From NCBI RefSeq assembly GCF_006345805.1, contig NW_021834386.1, positions 1 to 50,664 of the forward strand: a stretch of 50,664 bases of DNA. Reading direction: 5' to 3'. This stretch comes from Octopus sinensis (Eukaryota). Below the pieces are notes generated by a model. That model made no database searches and was not told where the DNA came from. It worked only from the letters and a program-made list of their open reading frames with translations. Positions within the stretch are counted from its first letter, which is position 1. Each line of letters opens with the position of its first letter. Below are positions 38,060 to 50,664 of the stretch, piece after piece. The translations under genes and the position numbers were made by a program.

Positions 38060-38750
38060 TAAAAATGTCAAAACTAAAAAGGAGAAATGAAAGGGAAAAA
38101 TAGAAAAATATACAAAGATGCCATTATTTTATGCAGAAAAATTTGACAAGAAGAAATGTAGAGAAAATGATAGAATAGAAGTTTGAAGGAAAACTAAAGG
38201 AAAAAATGAAGTGGAAAAATAAAGGGAAAAAAATGAAGCATGATAATTGAGAGCATTAAATGTAAGATTGTAAAACAAGGAAATATGAAAAAAACAAAAT
38301 GGGAAAGTACCTGGAAGAGAAAGGAAGAGAAGAATTTAAATGGAAAGGAAATATAATGGCGACGATGAAAATATGCAAATCTATGAAGATGGAGAGATGA
38401 GTGAAACAAATAAAGATAGGAAAAGAGACGGGAAATACTTAAGTAACAGAGACTAAAAGAGAACATGAAAAAGAAGATAGATTACTTAATATAAAAAACG
38501 GAAGGGAATGAAATGAATATTAGAAAGAATATATAAGAATGAATGATGAAAAAAGAATATGGGAGAAACTAAAATGAATGAGTTTTCAGAACGAATGAAA
38601 TGACAAAGACAGGGGACTAAATGACGTGTGTAATAAAATAGGGAGAAAAATATAAAATATATTGTGTATAGAATAATATTATTGAATGCGAATGTATAAA
38701 AATACGATGTGAAAGGGAATGATAGGAAAAAGAAAAAAGATACGTAAGAA
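38060..38750. repeat. Purine-rich (A/G) low-complexity tract
   Basis: Direct reading. Confidence 0.75.
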
Positions 38751-38899
38751 TGAGTTCTTGTGCCTCGCAACTTAATGTTTCACCCTACACACTCCACACC
38801 AACCGACACACGAACACTTCTATGCATATGACTCCATCATTTAATTCCCTCTAACCTTCCGTACCGAAAAATCATCACATGCAATCTCGATGCTTCGAG

Positions 38900-39340
38900 C
38901 CAATCTGTACTGACACCATGAACAATAACCTCGAAAACATCCTCTAGAGAGGTCACGACAACCTTGTATCTATCAATACGTTTTTTATACTAACTGAGAA
39001 AACATTATCCCCACCACCGCCACCTCGAAATACAAAACAGAAAAAAAATACTACCAGCTAGAAACCTCAGGTTTACAACAAAAACTAGAACACATTCCCA
39101 TTCAAGATATTTCAAGTCGAACTTACTTCCACAACGCAGACAAAACTATGTAAAAACAACGAAAAAAAACCCAGAAAAACAGTATTTCCTTTTTAGGGTT
39201 CAAAATATTTCCATTCTATCATCTAATTACTCTCTACATCACTCAAGCAATGGTGATCTGCTCCTATATTTGGGACGGCTCTTCTGCTACTCAAATAAAT
39301 ATTCTATCCCTTATCCAATGACAGGCTTAAAGCGATTATC
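38900..39340 (+). mobile_element. Highly decayed CR1/Jockey-like LINE, RT C-terminal region
   Basis: LITLYITQAMVICSYIWDGSSATQINILSLIQ resembles the LL.LYK..IRP..EYCS.IW.G.....L..L..IQ pattern; many frameshifts. Confidence 0.5.
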
Positions 39341-39351
39341 TTAAGTCAGGT

Positions 39352-39585
39352 AAGGCGGCGAGCTGGCAGAAACGTTAGCGCGCCGGGCGAAATGCCAAAC
39401 GGTATTTCGTCTGTCGTTACGTTCTGAGTTCAAATTCCGCTGAGGTCCACTTTGCCTTTCATCCTTTCGGGGTCGCTGAATTATGTACCAGTTTCGCACT
39501 GGAGTCGATGTAATCGACTTAATCCGTTTGTCTGTCATTGTTTGTCCCCTCTATGTTTAGCCCCTTGTGGGCAGTAAAGAAATAT
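39352..39585 (+). mobile_element. SINE family B, well preserved
   Basis: aaggcggcgagctggcagaaacgttagc...gtgggcagtaaagaaata. Confidence 0.92.
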
Positions 39586-39929
39586 ATTATCTTAAGGCAG
39601 CCGTTTCATCAGTAGCTACAAAAAAGTCCCCTGAGTTTTCTGCTCTTTTGTGAGACCCACTGAGGCATCCACGGGTCACTCACCCCTAGAGCCACCTACA
39701 ATGTGACTACGCCACAGTCACCGTACAAACGACCATCCCATCGAGTTCTTCCATCTCCGAATGCTGGTCCACTGATTTTTCCTGCCTGCGTATATATATC
39801 CCACAACGCCACCGTCCATATTTCTGACTTTTAAACTGCTCAAAAGCAATATTAATCATGATGATCACTTCGGTCTCGGAGTGCCTGTGTGTAATGTTGT
39901 TCACATTCCCTACCTCACACCAAACCAGT

Positions 39930-40560
39930 AAAAAATATGGAAAAGGAAATAATGAAAAAAAAAGAACAAAAAACAGAGAAAAACCAAACAAATAATGAAG
40001 GGAAGAAATTTTGGGAGAAAAAAAAAGAATAAAATTAAGAATTGCAGAATGGTCGAAAGCATGAAAAAGATATAGAAAGATGAAAACGTAGAGAGAAAAT
40101 ATCAAAGAAGTACAGGACTATTGATAAAGTGAGCTAAAAAATTTTGTAAATGGGGTATAAATGCATGAATTAAGAAATAGACTGTGTGAAAGAATAAATG
40201 ATGAAGCAAGGAAGGACGTATTGAAAGGCAGAAGAAGATGGAATACGAGAATTCTGAATAGAAAGAAGGGAAGAGAATAATAACGAGAAGACAGGAAGAA
40301 AAAAAACATGTATAAGATCAAGTGGCAGATTATTGATAGAAAGGTAAGAAAAATAAGAGCAAAAGGAATTATGGAGTAAAAGAATATTGAATGGAAGGAA
40401 TGAAAAAATACGGGAATGGAAAAAAAAAAAAACGATAAAAAAATGCAATTATATGAATACTAAATAAAAGGAAAAAAAAACTGCTGAGAGCAGACTCCCT
40501 GTGGAAGAAGGAAAAGACGAAATATCGAAAGTCAAAGAAAAGCAATAAACTCTAAAGCGC
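39930..40560. repeat. Purine-rich low-complexity tract
   Basis: Direct reading. Confidence 0.75.
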
Positions 40561-40792
40561 CATTTTCATGCAAATAAAATGTTCTCAGTTGATGGTTCAG
40601 TGAAGTGTGCAAGGAGGGACGGAGCGATGTGTGCAAGGAAGGACGGTGTGGTGTGTTGTTGCAAGTTGGTCTGCTTCAAACAATAGGGAATGGCGTTAAA
40701 GAACCGACTAATCAAAGGCCACCGCTACTGATGCAGCGTTCACAGCAACTTGAAGCTACCTTCGTTTTCTATTAATTATACCAATAGAGCAA

Positions 40793-41000
40793 AGGCGGTG
40801 GATTGGTAGAAACGCGATTGTAAACGGTCCATGAAGAAGCCATATTTAGTAATATCAGTTAACATTCAGAGTTCAAATTCCACTACGGTAAATGTTGGTT
40901 GTCATTTTCGGGAAAGAAAAAAGCAACTACCAGTCAGATACCAGTTCCTATAATCGACCGTTCTTTCCTTCGAATCATATATAGCCTTAAGCCGATTTTA
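40793..41000 (+). mobile_element. Old degenerate SINE family B
   Basis: aaggcggtggattggtagaaacg...cagagttcaaattcc. Confidence 0.6.
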
Positions 41001-41652
41001 GAAATCAATAATTATCCCAGCTGTGCAGTTAACTTGAAAGAACAATAATAGTGTGTTTGTAATATTCATTTTTGTCCACCTAGATTCTGAGCTCGTGTGC
41101 TACTACGGTCGGTGGAAATAAAAGGGGTAGAGAGGAGGGAGAGATAAGAGAGAGAAGAGAAAAAGAGAGACATTAAAGGAAAGAAAAACAAAGAAAAGAT
41201 CAAACTGCAAATAGAAGTAGGGAGTAAAAATAAAAGAAGCTAAACGGATCAAGGAGGTTATGAAAAATATATTTAGAATAGTTGAAAGAATGAACTGAAA
41301 AATACTAGAAAGAGTTTTATTGAAGAAACTAATTGATAAAGTATGTTATATTCATGTCACAATGAGAAAACAATTATCGCAATGCGTGTAGAATAGTCGT
41401 GCAAACTTTGAAATATATAGGGCAGCTGGTGTGATAGATATTACACTACAATATAGTCACAATAACAAGATAAAGTTTTTTTTAATAAAATTATGTCGCT
41501 TGAGGGGTCTTAAGGTGGCAAAAATAATACTGTTACGAAAAGAAAAGAGGATGAGGGTGATTATCTATTTTAGCATCATTACATTCTGGGTTCTGATCCT
41601 GTCACGCTCAATGTTGTTTTTGCCTATTGCATAGTGACTTTTTATAAGATAA

Positions 41653-42165
41653 CTAGCAGTATCGCCCGGCGTTGCTCGGGTTTGTAAGGGAAATAACTAT
41701 ATAAGCATTTTTAGAGAGTTACTTCCCTTATAGATGCCAATTCGGGCTTTCTTAGCCATTTCTGTTTTGGTGTCTTCAAGCCATGAAGTCGTTGTTCTAA
41801 AAGAACGCTGGTCTCCTTGACAACGCTTTACGACGTTGATTTCCTTACACTCCCTTCCCCACAGCTTCACGAGAGAGGGAAGAAGGGGGAGAAGCAAACA
41901 GGTGCAGGTGTGACCATGGACGCCAACTCCGCCACCATCGACACACGAAAAATTATGCATTAAAATGGAATAAAAAATGATGTTAAATTATTTTTAAAAT
42001 CGTAGACTCATCGTAGACGCGCGCTAATACCCAGAAAGGCTCGATATGAATCACGACTATAAGATACCTGAATTTGGTTAAACTGCACCGCAAAATGTGG
42101 GAGGAGTTAGGAATCTAAATCGAAGGGGACAGACACTCACACAACTACAGTTTTATATATATAGA
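41653..42165 (-). mobile_element. Non-autonomous Helitron-type element
   Basis: Minus strand starts A|TC (42165), ends CTAG|T (41653), with a GC-rich subterminal hairpin (cccggcgttgctcggg, about 41665-41680). Confidence 0.82.
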
Positions 42166-44131
42166 TAACAAGAAATGAACTGTTATTACAGTTCTGTAAA
42201 CGGTGGAACAACTTCCACGATCTTAACTGCACCGTTAGCTTCGGGATCAGAAACACTGCTAAGAATAAAAGAAAAACGTGGAGGAGGACATGGGATCTTC
42301 AAGAAATCGCAGTACCTGTGTCCTGCAAATATCTGACTAGCATTTTTAAATAAGAGCAACAATCCTGAAAAATAAATAAATTAATTAATTAGTGGATTAG
42401 GCATTCTTTTAAACCTGGCTCGGTGCTGCTTATTTAGATTCAAACAATGCTGGCAAACGAAGGGTTAGTAACATATACGCATGACACTCGTATTTAATAT
42501 CACTACGAATCCAAAGTATTTGGAGCGATATTGATTTTGTTTTTCCCTACAGATTCCTAGAGTAATGTTCCAATGGAGAGAAAGTATTGGCATGCTTAAT
42601 GGTTAATACATTATAGATAATATTGTTAAATCAAATAAATAGAAAAACGACCGACTATTGTACATGTAAATCATGACTTTTTAAAAAATTTTCAGTGATC
42701 GGATTATCCTACTAAACCGGTGACATCATTACAAATCCTCACCATGATGGATGGATTTTGAAAAGATATCTTGATATAGCACGAAAAGGACGTTTTAAAT
42801 AAGGCGGATAACCTCGACAAGGTTTCACCGGCCTTTCATCAGACCTTCTAATTGTTTAACATCCTGTTGAGTATTTTGAATCGAGCATGAATGATTTATG
42901 GTAATTCAAACGCCAATTGTCTTTTGGCGCCGTGATGTATCTCTTATTCTCTGAGCGACACATGAAATAAGCATCAGAAGCAGTCGAGGTGCGTAAACTC
43001 TGCCTTACCATCAACAAAGGTAATTTCATGTAAACCATCAATGACCTGCTATATCTGAAGTAAACTGAGGCAACGATTTCATGTTCTGTCTCTTTATAAA
43101 TGGTACTGCTCTTGCTGTCTACACTGGATCTACAGATTTGTGTCATTCTGTGTTGTTTTGTATACCGACATCGTATGGTCCCAGAAAATAATCAGTAGAA
43201 ACCAGGTTTCTAAAACTGAAAAACTAGAGAGAGAAAATTCTAAAATTCTTGACAATGAATGCATCTATATTCGCTGTATATTCATGTAATCATCATATTT
43301 TTCATCGTTACTATAATTTTAATTAACATTCTTATCAACTGGTCTTGTGCATTATCTGTCTACGTTTCTAACATCATTGGTTATCAACATCAATGAGAAA
43401 GTCGAAAATTACATTCAATTAGCGAAATAAAATATAAATATATTATTGGTGCACAACATATTGACGCCAGAATGCTAAAATACAAAATCACTCCCAGCGG
43501 AATTTTACACAGAGTATTGACCATTAAACATGTCAATGTAATGAAAAAAGTTTCTCTGACATATTATGCTTTAGCCTAATTTATTTCTTGTAGCGATAAA
43601 TATCATTAGTTAAAAGTAATGAATATGGTCAGGAAAGCCACCAGCTGGTACCAGATGTAATAATACAGATATTTTCTTCTACTAAGCTATATAATCCGAT
43701 ATTCATTCTTTGTTTAACGATCCAATCACGAAGACTTTTTGGTGTTGCTCAAACTGTAAGAAAGAATAGCCAAAACCAAGTCAAATTTCATCAGATCTCT
43801 TTAACATAAAGTTATATTGTTTTGGATTAGCATCCAGTATTTATAGAATATATGCATACGCGTAGACACGTACAGCCGACTCTAGTTATTAACACTTACG
43901 TGTCGCATCTTTACTGCTCTCGATTTGTGTTTGGTTGGAGAAGCTGGTTTATTGGATCTACCGCAGCTCATTTCTACATGCTCATTCTTCTGCTACAGTA
44001 CATGACAACATATCTTCTCTAGGCTTCAAACTTGCGAATTGTCCCCTGTTTCACACCAGAAACGCTAACCCTGGATTCTGTACGGATATAGATCACTCTT
44101 CTCCCTCATATTTGTTTTGTCCTTCATACAG

Positions 44132-44451
44132 ATATCCTGAATTGCAAATGTGGGCAGCTAAGATCTCCTCCAGATACGAGTGGAACATGAGACACTTTGG
44201 AATGTAGCCATCCTCCATGTGCTGGCTGTGACCTGTCTAGCGCTGTCTTCATTGCCTGGGAAACGCTTATATGCAGAGAATCATGGTGTGAAGGAGGCTG
44301 GATTAGTTATGGTCATCATAGGGTGTTGTCCGTGTACAATAGCTACCTCTCAAGTGGAGAGTATTCCGATCCCTCTGTCTTCAACATTAAAATGCTATAC
44401 AGCGACACTGTCTTATACTACAGACATTATAGACTGCCATATTTGACTTAA
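44132..44451 (+). pseudogene. Candidate Cys-rich (EGF-like) phase-1 exon interrupted by one TGA
   Basis: Strong acceptor tttgttttgtccttcatacag; xILNCKCGQLRSPPDTSGT*DTLECSHPPCAGC...CRESWCEGGW. Confidence 0.33.
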
Positions 44452-44689
44452 TCTTGGAATTAAGCTTTCTGGCAGTTGAAAGTATTTTCGCGATCTTATG
44501 AATGTATGTGCCAAAAGAGTTTGTCATTGATGGCAGAACCTCTGTACTCAAGCTAATGAGCAACTACGCGTTTGCTGTTTTCGACGGAAATGAGCAGTAT
44601 TGCATGTGTACTCTTTTCCAGAATTCCCATTTTCTTCAGATTTACATTTAGCCACGTTCCTTGCAAGTAGGATATTAATGATCTTCGGC

Positions 44690-44870
44690 GTAAGTGTGCG
44701 ACGGCGTTCGCCGCTGGAATAAGGAATGGTTTGAGATCACGCGGTCGTTAGCCTCAAATCGCTAGGGCTGGTCAGCGTTTGTGAGAGATGCAGCAATGAG
44801 GATGAATGAAGCCAGGTCAATCCACCCCGGATGAATGCAGTCTTAGGTCAGGTCAGGTCAGCTCAAGTGT
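44690..44870 (+). mobile_element. 3' end of a second RTE-type LINE family
   Basis: RRWNKEWFEITRSLASNR*GWSAFVRDAAMRMNEARSIHPG* followed by a short (GGTCA)n tail. Confidence 0.7.
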
Positions 44871-45794
44871 GCGTGCTGAAGTATGTATTTCAACGGCTGC
44901 AGTACCATCCCAGAGTAGGTTCTTACGGAGATTTTGATGTGTTCCCCTTTTGGCAGGATATAGTGTCAGTCCTAGATTTAGTACGCATGTACCCTATGTT
45001 GCATCTCCGAACGCATATTTAGACAGACAGCACGGCGCAGAGGTTCCGAATAATGCCGAAAATGGACACGACCTTCTCAGATGCTACATCGATGTCGAAG
45101 TACTCAGAGATGCTAATGTAGAACTTCCTCGTCTCATTCATGTTATTCCTGTTATAGTGGAAAGTATATATATCTTCGTCGCCATCCTCAGTCACAGATA
45201 TCTCATGAATATTATTTTCTCGTTTAACGCACATTCTGCCTTACTCTCCTATCTTAAACATCTCATCTCCTTGTAATCAACATCTTCCTAACAATCACTA
45301 TAAACAACATCATCAATTTTTCCTCCTGTACCACCACCACCACCACCAGCAACATAATCCTTATCTACTCCATCATTAATATGATTACATTGTTCCTCAT
45401 CATTCTCAGCTTTATCACCAACGTTTCCACTTCTAAGAAACAGTAACAATTCCTTTTATCATCACCATATTCATCAACGGCAGCCGCAGTTATGCTTCCA
45501 TCTCGAAAGTAAATCCTATAAGCTGTGTAAAGGAAATAATATACTGGGGTGGTTTTTCTTTCACAAATCCTTCGTATTACTGTGCTTTTCTTTTTACGCT
45601 TGCCATTTCATTCTTGGATAATATTCTGGTATTTTTAGGGAAGTAAAAACCATTTGCGATGTTCCCCGGTTGATTTAACGATTTCTATGTAATGAAACGA
45701 AACCATTTGGGAGTAGATTTATTGTCACAAAAAGGGTTCGATAAGTACTTACAGCTGCAACGTTGTTCATACGCCCTTCAACAGTATAAACATA

Positions 45795-46149
45795 TGCAGC
45801 GTGTGTGTTTGTGTGCATATATGTGTGTGTGCATGTGTATATATATATGTATGTATGTATGTATATGTGTGTGTACGCGCGCGCGTGTGTGTGTATGTAT
45901 ATGTGCCTGTGTGTACGCGCGTGTGTGTATGTACGTATATATATATACACACATACATATATACATATGAATACATATATATATATATATATATGCATGT
46001 ATGTATATGTGTAAGTATAAATGTAGATGCAATAACCACATGTATGTATACATGTATTATATATATATATATGTGTGTGTGTATGCATGTATGCATATGT
46101 ATATGTATAACTTTAGAGGCATATATGTAACTATATATATATATGCATG

Positions 46150-46184
<35 letters not shown>

Positions 46185-46400
46185 TGTGTGTGTGCATGTA
46201 TGTATATGTGTATGTATAACTTCAGAGGCATAAATGTAACTATATATATATGCATGTATGTATGTATACACACACACACATACACACACACAGAGATACA
46301 CACACACACATATATGCACACTTACACATGTACGTGCACACATACACGTATATATGCATATACACACACACACATCTACAAGTACATGCATATAGCATAT
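45795..46400. repeat. Compound TG/TA/CA microsatellite with a ~55-bp internal duplication
   Basis: gtataact(t/c)tagaggcat...gtaactatatatatatgcatgtatg occurs twice. Confidence 0.9.
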
Positions 46401-46579
46401 ACACACCATCGTATCCTCATACATTTACAACTGTCCTTTCTCCGGCATCTGTCCGTTCATCTGTAGATCTTCCTTCCTTATCGTCTGTTAAACCAGTCAG
46501 CCATTCATCATTGCATCTGTCTCTCTTTGCTTATTTAACCATCCGCTGTTTGTTCTGGCCAAATGGCTTGCCTTAATAA

Positions 46580-46623
<44 letters not shown>

Positions 46624-46764
46624 TTGCTATATTTTTCCTTTTAATTTTTGCTTTTCTTTTTTTTTTGCATGTAGGCTCTCCCTTTCTCCACCTCCTTTTC
46701 TCTTTCTTTTATCTCCATCATTGTGCATGCGGTTTTGCTTTAACTTTCCTTCCTATTCTTGACG

Positions 46765-46882
46765 ACATCATCATCATCATCATCATCATCATCATTATCA
46801 TCATCACATCATCATCATCATCATCACCATCATCACCATCATCATCATCATCATCATCATCGTCATTATCATAATCATCATC

Positions 46883-46937
<55 letters not shown>

Positions 46938-46974
46938 CCATCATCATCATCACAATCATCATCATTAACATCAT

Positions 46975-47005
<31 letters not shown>

Positions 47006-47123
47006 AGCAGCATCATTATCATTATTATTATTATTATTATAACCGTTGTTATTCTCGATATCATCATCATCATCAGAATCATCATCATCAGCAGAACAGT
47101 AGTAGTAGTAGTAGTTGGTGGTG

Positions 47124-47157
<34 letters not shown>

Positions 47158-47238
47158 CAGTTGGTGGTGGTGGTGGTGGTAGTAGTAGTAGTAGTAGTTG
47201 GTGGTGGTAGTAGTAGTAATAGTAGTTGTTGTTGTTGT

Positions 47239-47296
<58 letters not shown>

Positions 47297-47325
47297 CGTA
47301 GTAGTAGCAGCAGCAGCAGCAGTGC
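46765..47325. repeat. (CAT)n, (CAG)n, (TAG)n, (GGT)n compound microsatellite
   Basis: Direct reading. Confidence 0.95.
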
Positions 47326-47379
47326 TCCCGATACCATCACTACCACTACGATCAGCAGAGTAACAACTATTTATTTTCA

Positions 47380-47575
47380 CGGCAGAATCGTTAGCACGCC
47401 GGGCTAAATGTTTAGCGGCATTTCATCCGTCCTCACGTTCCGAGTTCAAATTCCGTCCAGTCCGAATTTTCTATTTATCGTTTCGGTGTTGACAAAATAA
47501 ATACCAGTAACGTACTGGTGTCAATGTAACTGATTTTCTTATCGCCTGAGAAACTGCTAACATTGTGCCTCAAAA
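47380..47575 (+). mobile_element. SINE family B
   Basis: ggcagaatcgttagcacgccgggctaaatg...gagttcaaattccg. Confidence 0.82.
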
Positions 47576-48869
47576 TTAAAACTTCTGCTACCGCTACTGT
47601 TTCTGTTGCTTCTGCTGCTACTACTACTACTACTATTAATCCTCCCCCTCCTCCTTATCCTCCTATTACTACTACTACTACCACCACTACTACTAATACT
47701 CCCCCTCCTCCTTCTCCTCCTCCTCCTACTTCTACTACCACCACTACTACTAGAGGTCAGTTTAATGCGACTGACTGGTGATTACTACTACTATTACTAC
47801 TACTATTACTACAACTACTACTATTCTCCCACTTCTCCTCCTCCTCCTCCTACTACTACTATACTACTACTACTACTACTAGAGGTCAGTTTAATGCGAT
47901 ATAATCTTTGAATGGTGTTGTTTTGTGAATAAGGGACTAAAATATTTGAAGGAATGTCTTACTGCGTACAGTTGACTGAAGGTAAACAAAGCCTCAGTCG
48001 TATTCTAAATTGACGACTGACTGGTGATATCATTCTAATGTAAAGCTGAAATATATGGGGAATGATAAACGATGAGCATAAATGTCAAACACAAAAAACA
48101 GTTATCTTAGTCTCTTTTACAATACGTCAACACATCATTCAGAATAACTATAATAGTTCCATTCATTTGACGTTTTTCATTGATATTATCGAAAGCAAAT
48201 AAAAATACGGCAGCGTTATTTAATCAAGCAGCACACATATATAAAATGGCCGAAACATGGCTGCAGTTGTCGTCTGCCATATGCGGAAGCGATAAAGATA
48301 TTGATAGCGTTAGCAATTCGCTCGCACGCACGCGTGTGAACGCACGCCGCACGCGTGTGAACGCACGCACGCACACACACACAGATAGAGGCACTGCGAT
48401 TCCACATTTATTTCCTGATATATATATATATATATATATTTTCTAATATCATAAATGGGTCTACCGCAACTGTTGAATGAAAGCTTTGCAAAAATGTTAG
48501 AAATATCGCGGAACATCCCTGTCGAGTGTGTCATACGGCATCCTAGTAAATTCTCAAATATTTAGCATACGACCAGGCAGTTTAGGGGAAAGAGTTAGCG
48601 AGCTCAACGCGTCAAGTACTTGGTTGGTCCTTTATTTTATCGAATGCTATACCTGTATCCACTTTCGGCTTCATTCGAGCGCAGCTTGTGCGCTCGTAGC
48701 GACGCATTCTTACGAAGCCAGGCATGGGAAAGGTCTCCCCCACCGGCAATCGCAGCTTTGATTGCATAATGATACTAAACTATACTAGTAATAATAACAG
48801 TAGTTAATATAATAAGAATTGATACAAATATTTGGCACGCGGCAAACTGTTTTGAAGGGGACATGAAAA

Positions 48870-49028
48870 AGGAATATATAGGCTCGATCGGTGCTTATTT
48901 TATCGACGCCAATTGGACGAACGGCAATGCCAACCTCCGATGGAATCTGAATTGAAATCGTTAAGTCAAAATATATGCCACTAAGCATTTTCTCTTGTGC
49001 GTTAACGACTCTACCGACTCACAGCCTT
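48870..49028 (-). mobile_element. Degenerate SINE family B
   Basis: Reverse-complement family B motifs. Confidence 0.7.
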
Positions 49029-49081
49029 AGTTGATAATGACAATAATAATAATAATATAGCTTAGGTGTATCGTTCATAAA

Positions 49082-49148
49082 AACACACATCGCCCGGTCT
49101 GAGATTCGAACCCGCGATCCCTTGACCGCGAGTCCGCTGCTCTAACCA
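49082..49148 (-). mobile_element. tRNA-like head of SINE family D (fragment)
   Basis: Reverse complement tggttagagcagcggactcgcggtcaagggatcgcgggttcgaatctcagaccgggcg matches the 23753 head. Confidence 0.85.
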
Positions 49149-49854
49149 TGTACCTCCGCTAGACCCAATTGCCCTGAACTAAAAAGTAAGTCAATTCTGT
49201 ATTTCGCATATCTAAATGTTTTTTGTCCACATTCGACTTTCTGACTCATCATTGCTATCATACGACTGCATTGTACATGTGGAGGAATTATATATATATA
49301 TAAAAAAAGACTTCTTGGAAATTGTGACATTTTATAACAGTATAACATTTTCACTTTTGGTCCGTTGGAACTATAAAACGGCTACAACGCAAGAAAATTG
49401 GTACAATGGAACACTTTAAAGTTACGAGAGTGAAGATGTAAAAATATAATAAGGTGAAATGAATAAGACAAAAACTGTCTGTATATATGCAACGAATAAA
49501 GTGAAAACTAGAATGTAACTGCTTTGAAAAAAAATGTTTTAGATAAAACTATATAGCAGGAAATTTTATAAAACAGAGAAAATATAAATTGAATTCTAAA
49601 CTATATTAACGAAAAGTTAGAAAGTAAAGCTAATACCTCTAAAAAAGGTAGGATGTACGCCATAGTGAAATGTCTGAAAAAACATTGAACTAAAAGCAGA
49701 AAAAATGTAATTTTCGCTCCACAATATATCAATGCCTGGAGATGAAATAATAAGAAGACGCTAACATGAAGTGCACTCGTACTAAATGGAATTGTCCACA
49801 ATATCCAGACTGGGCAGGAGATCTCTGGAAAACATCAAACAGGAATTTGAATAA

Positions 49855-50300
49855 TGTGACGAGCTGCATAGTAGCATTTCAACCGTCCTTACTGTCTGAG
49901 TTCAAATTCCGTCGAGGCTTACTTTGCTTTTCATCCTTCGTGGGGTCGATAAAATGAGTAACAGTTGAGTACCAGGGTCGGTGTAATCGACTTAATGACT
50001 TCCTCGAAAATTCCTGGCCTTGTTCGAAAACTTTGACATCGATATTGGCGCACGTAACGGTAGAGAAAAAACCTATTTTTTTACTACCCACAAGGGGCTA
50101 CACATGACAGGGACGAACAAGGACAGACAAACAGATTAAGTGGATTATATCGACCCCAGTGCGTAACTGGCACTTATTTAATCGACCCCGAAAGGATGAA
50201 AGGCACAGTCGACCTCGGCGGAATTTGAACTCAGAACGTAGCGGCAGAGAAAATACCGCTAAGCATTACGTCTGACCTACTAATAATTCTGCCTTCATCA
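49855..50300. mobile_element. Tail-to-tail pair of SINE family B copies (49855-50040 +, 50078-50300 -)
   Basis: Family B motifs in opposite orientations. Confidence 0.88.
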
Positions 50301-50417
50301 CACTTCAATCTTTCTAGACAATAACGCCGGGATGCGAGGTCACAGACGCTCCACCACGATTTTGAGAGCCAACAAAAAAAAAAAAACCGAAACGAAAAGT
50401 ATCAATATATGTACACC

Positions 50418-50664
50418 TGTACTACTACTACTACTACTACTAACTACTACTACTACTACAACAAATGCTGCTGCTGCTGCTACTACTACTACTACTACAA
50501 CTGCTGCTGCTACTACTACTAGTACTACTACTAGTTGTAGTAGTAGTAGTGGTGGTGGTTTTGGTGGTGATGATGGTGATGGTCATAGTGGTGGTGGTGG
50601 TAACGACAGTTGTAGTGGTTGCTATGTTAATCGTAGTAGTAGTAGTAGTAGTAGAAGTAGTAGT
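50418..50664. repeat. (ACT)n/(GCT)n switching to (AGT)n/(GGT)n microsatellite
   Basis: Direct reading. Confidence 0.93.

Noticed and set aside
42438-42719. Third micro-exon chain (30, 9 and 24 nt, all multiples of 3, with good splice sites)
   Set aside because: No common frame: phase 1 has stops in exons 2 and 3, phase 0 has a stop in exon 3, and phase 2 creates TAA at the first junction. This also shows symmetric pseudo-exons arise by chance.
42810-42846. CTGATGA...GAAAC-CTT-GTC hammerhead core on the minus strand
   Set aside because: Neither stem I nor stem II can pair.
46718-47380. 220-aa acidic Asp/Thr-rich protein
   Set aside because: Entirely CAT/TAG/GGT microsatellite read on the minus strand.

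Overview
AT-rich, repeat-saturated eukaryotic DNA. It is most likely a coleoid cephalopod (Octopus-like); this is inferred from the repeat families and the extreme microsatellite load, not proven. Most ORFs in the supplied track are artefacts of (TA)n, (GATA)n, (TG)n, (TAA)n, (CAT)n, (ACT)n and (GGT)n tracts. Well-supported content: three tRNA-type SINE families (more than 30 copies or fragments); 3' ends of RTE LINEs, one with three C2H2 fingers sitting in a TATG tract; an R4/Dong-type LINE end inside a TAA tract; a decayed CR1/Jockey-like LINE; two Tc1/mariner relics; a non-autonomous Helitron with canonical ends; several Penelope-type termini carrying degenerate hammerhead-like motifs, often as inverted repeats or palindromes; a ~1.2 kb tandem duplication; and a ~437 bp compound tandem repeat. 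No complete host gene can be established. The most intriguing but unproven signal is a signal-peptide-like exon at 19841-19895, followed by a dense run of splice acceptors that open very short, mostly symmetric phase-1 exons (20424-22600). That would be a micro-exon-gene-like or alternative-last-exon architecture. A weaker similar chain lies on the minus strand at 10429-12061, and a Cys-rich candidate exon with one TGA lies at 44132.
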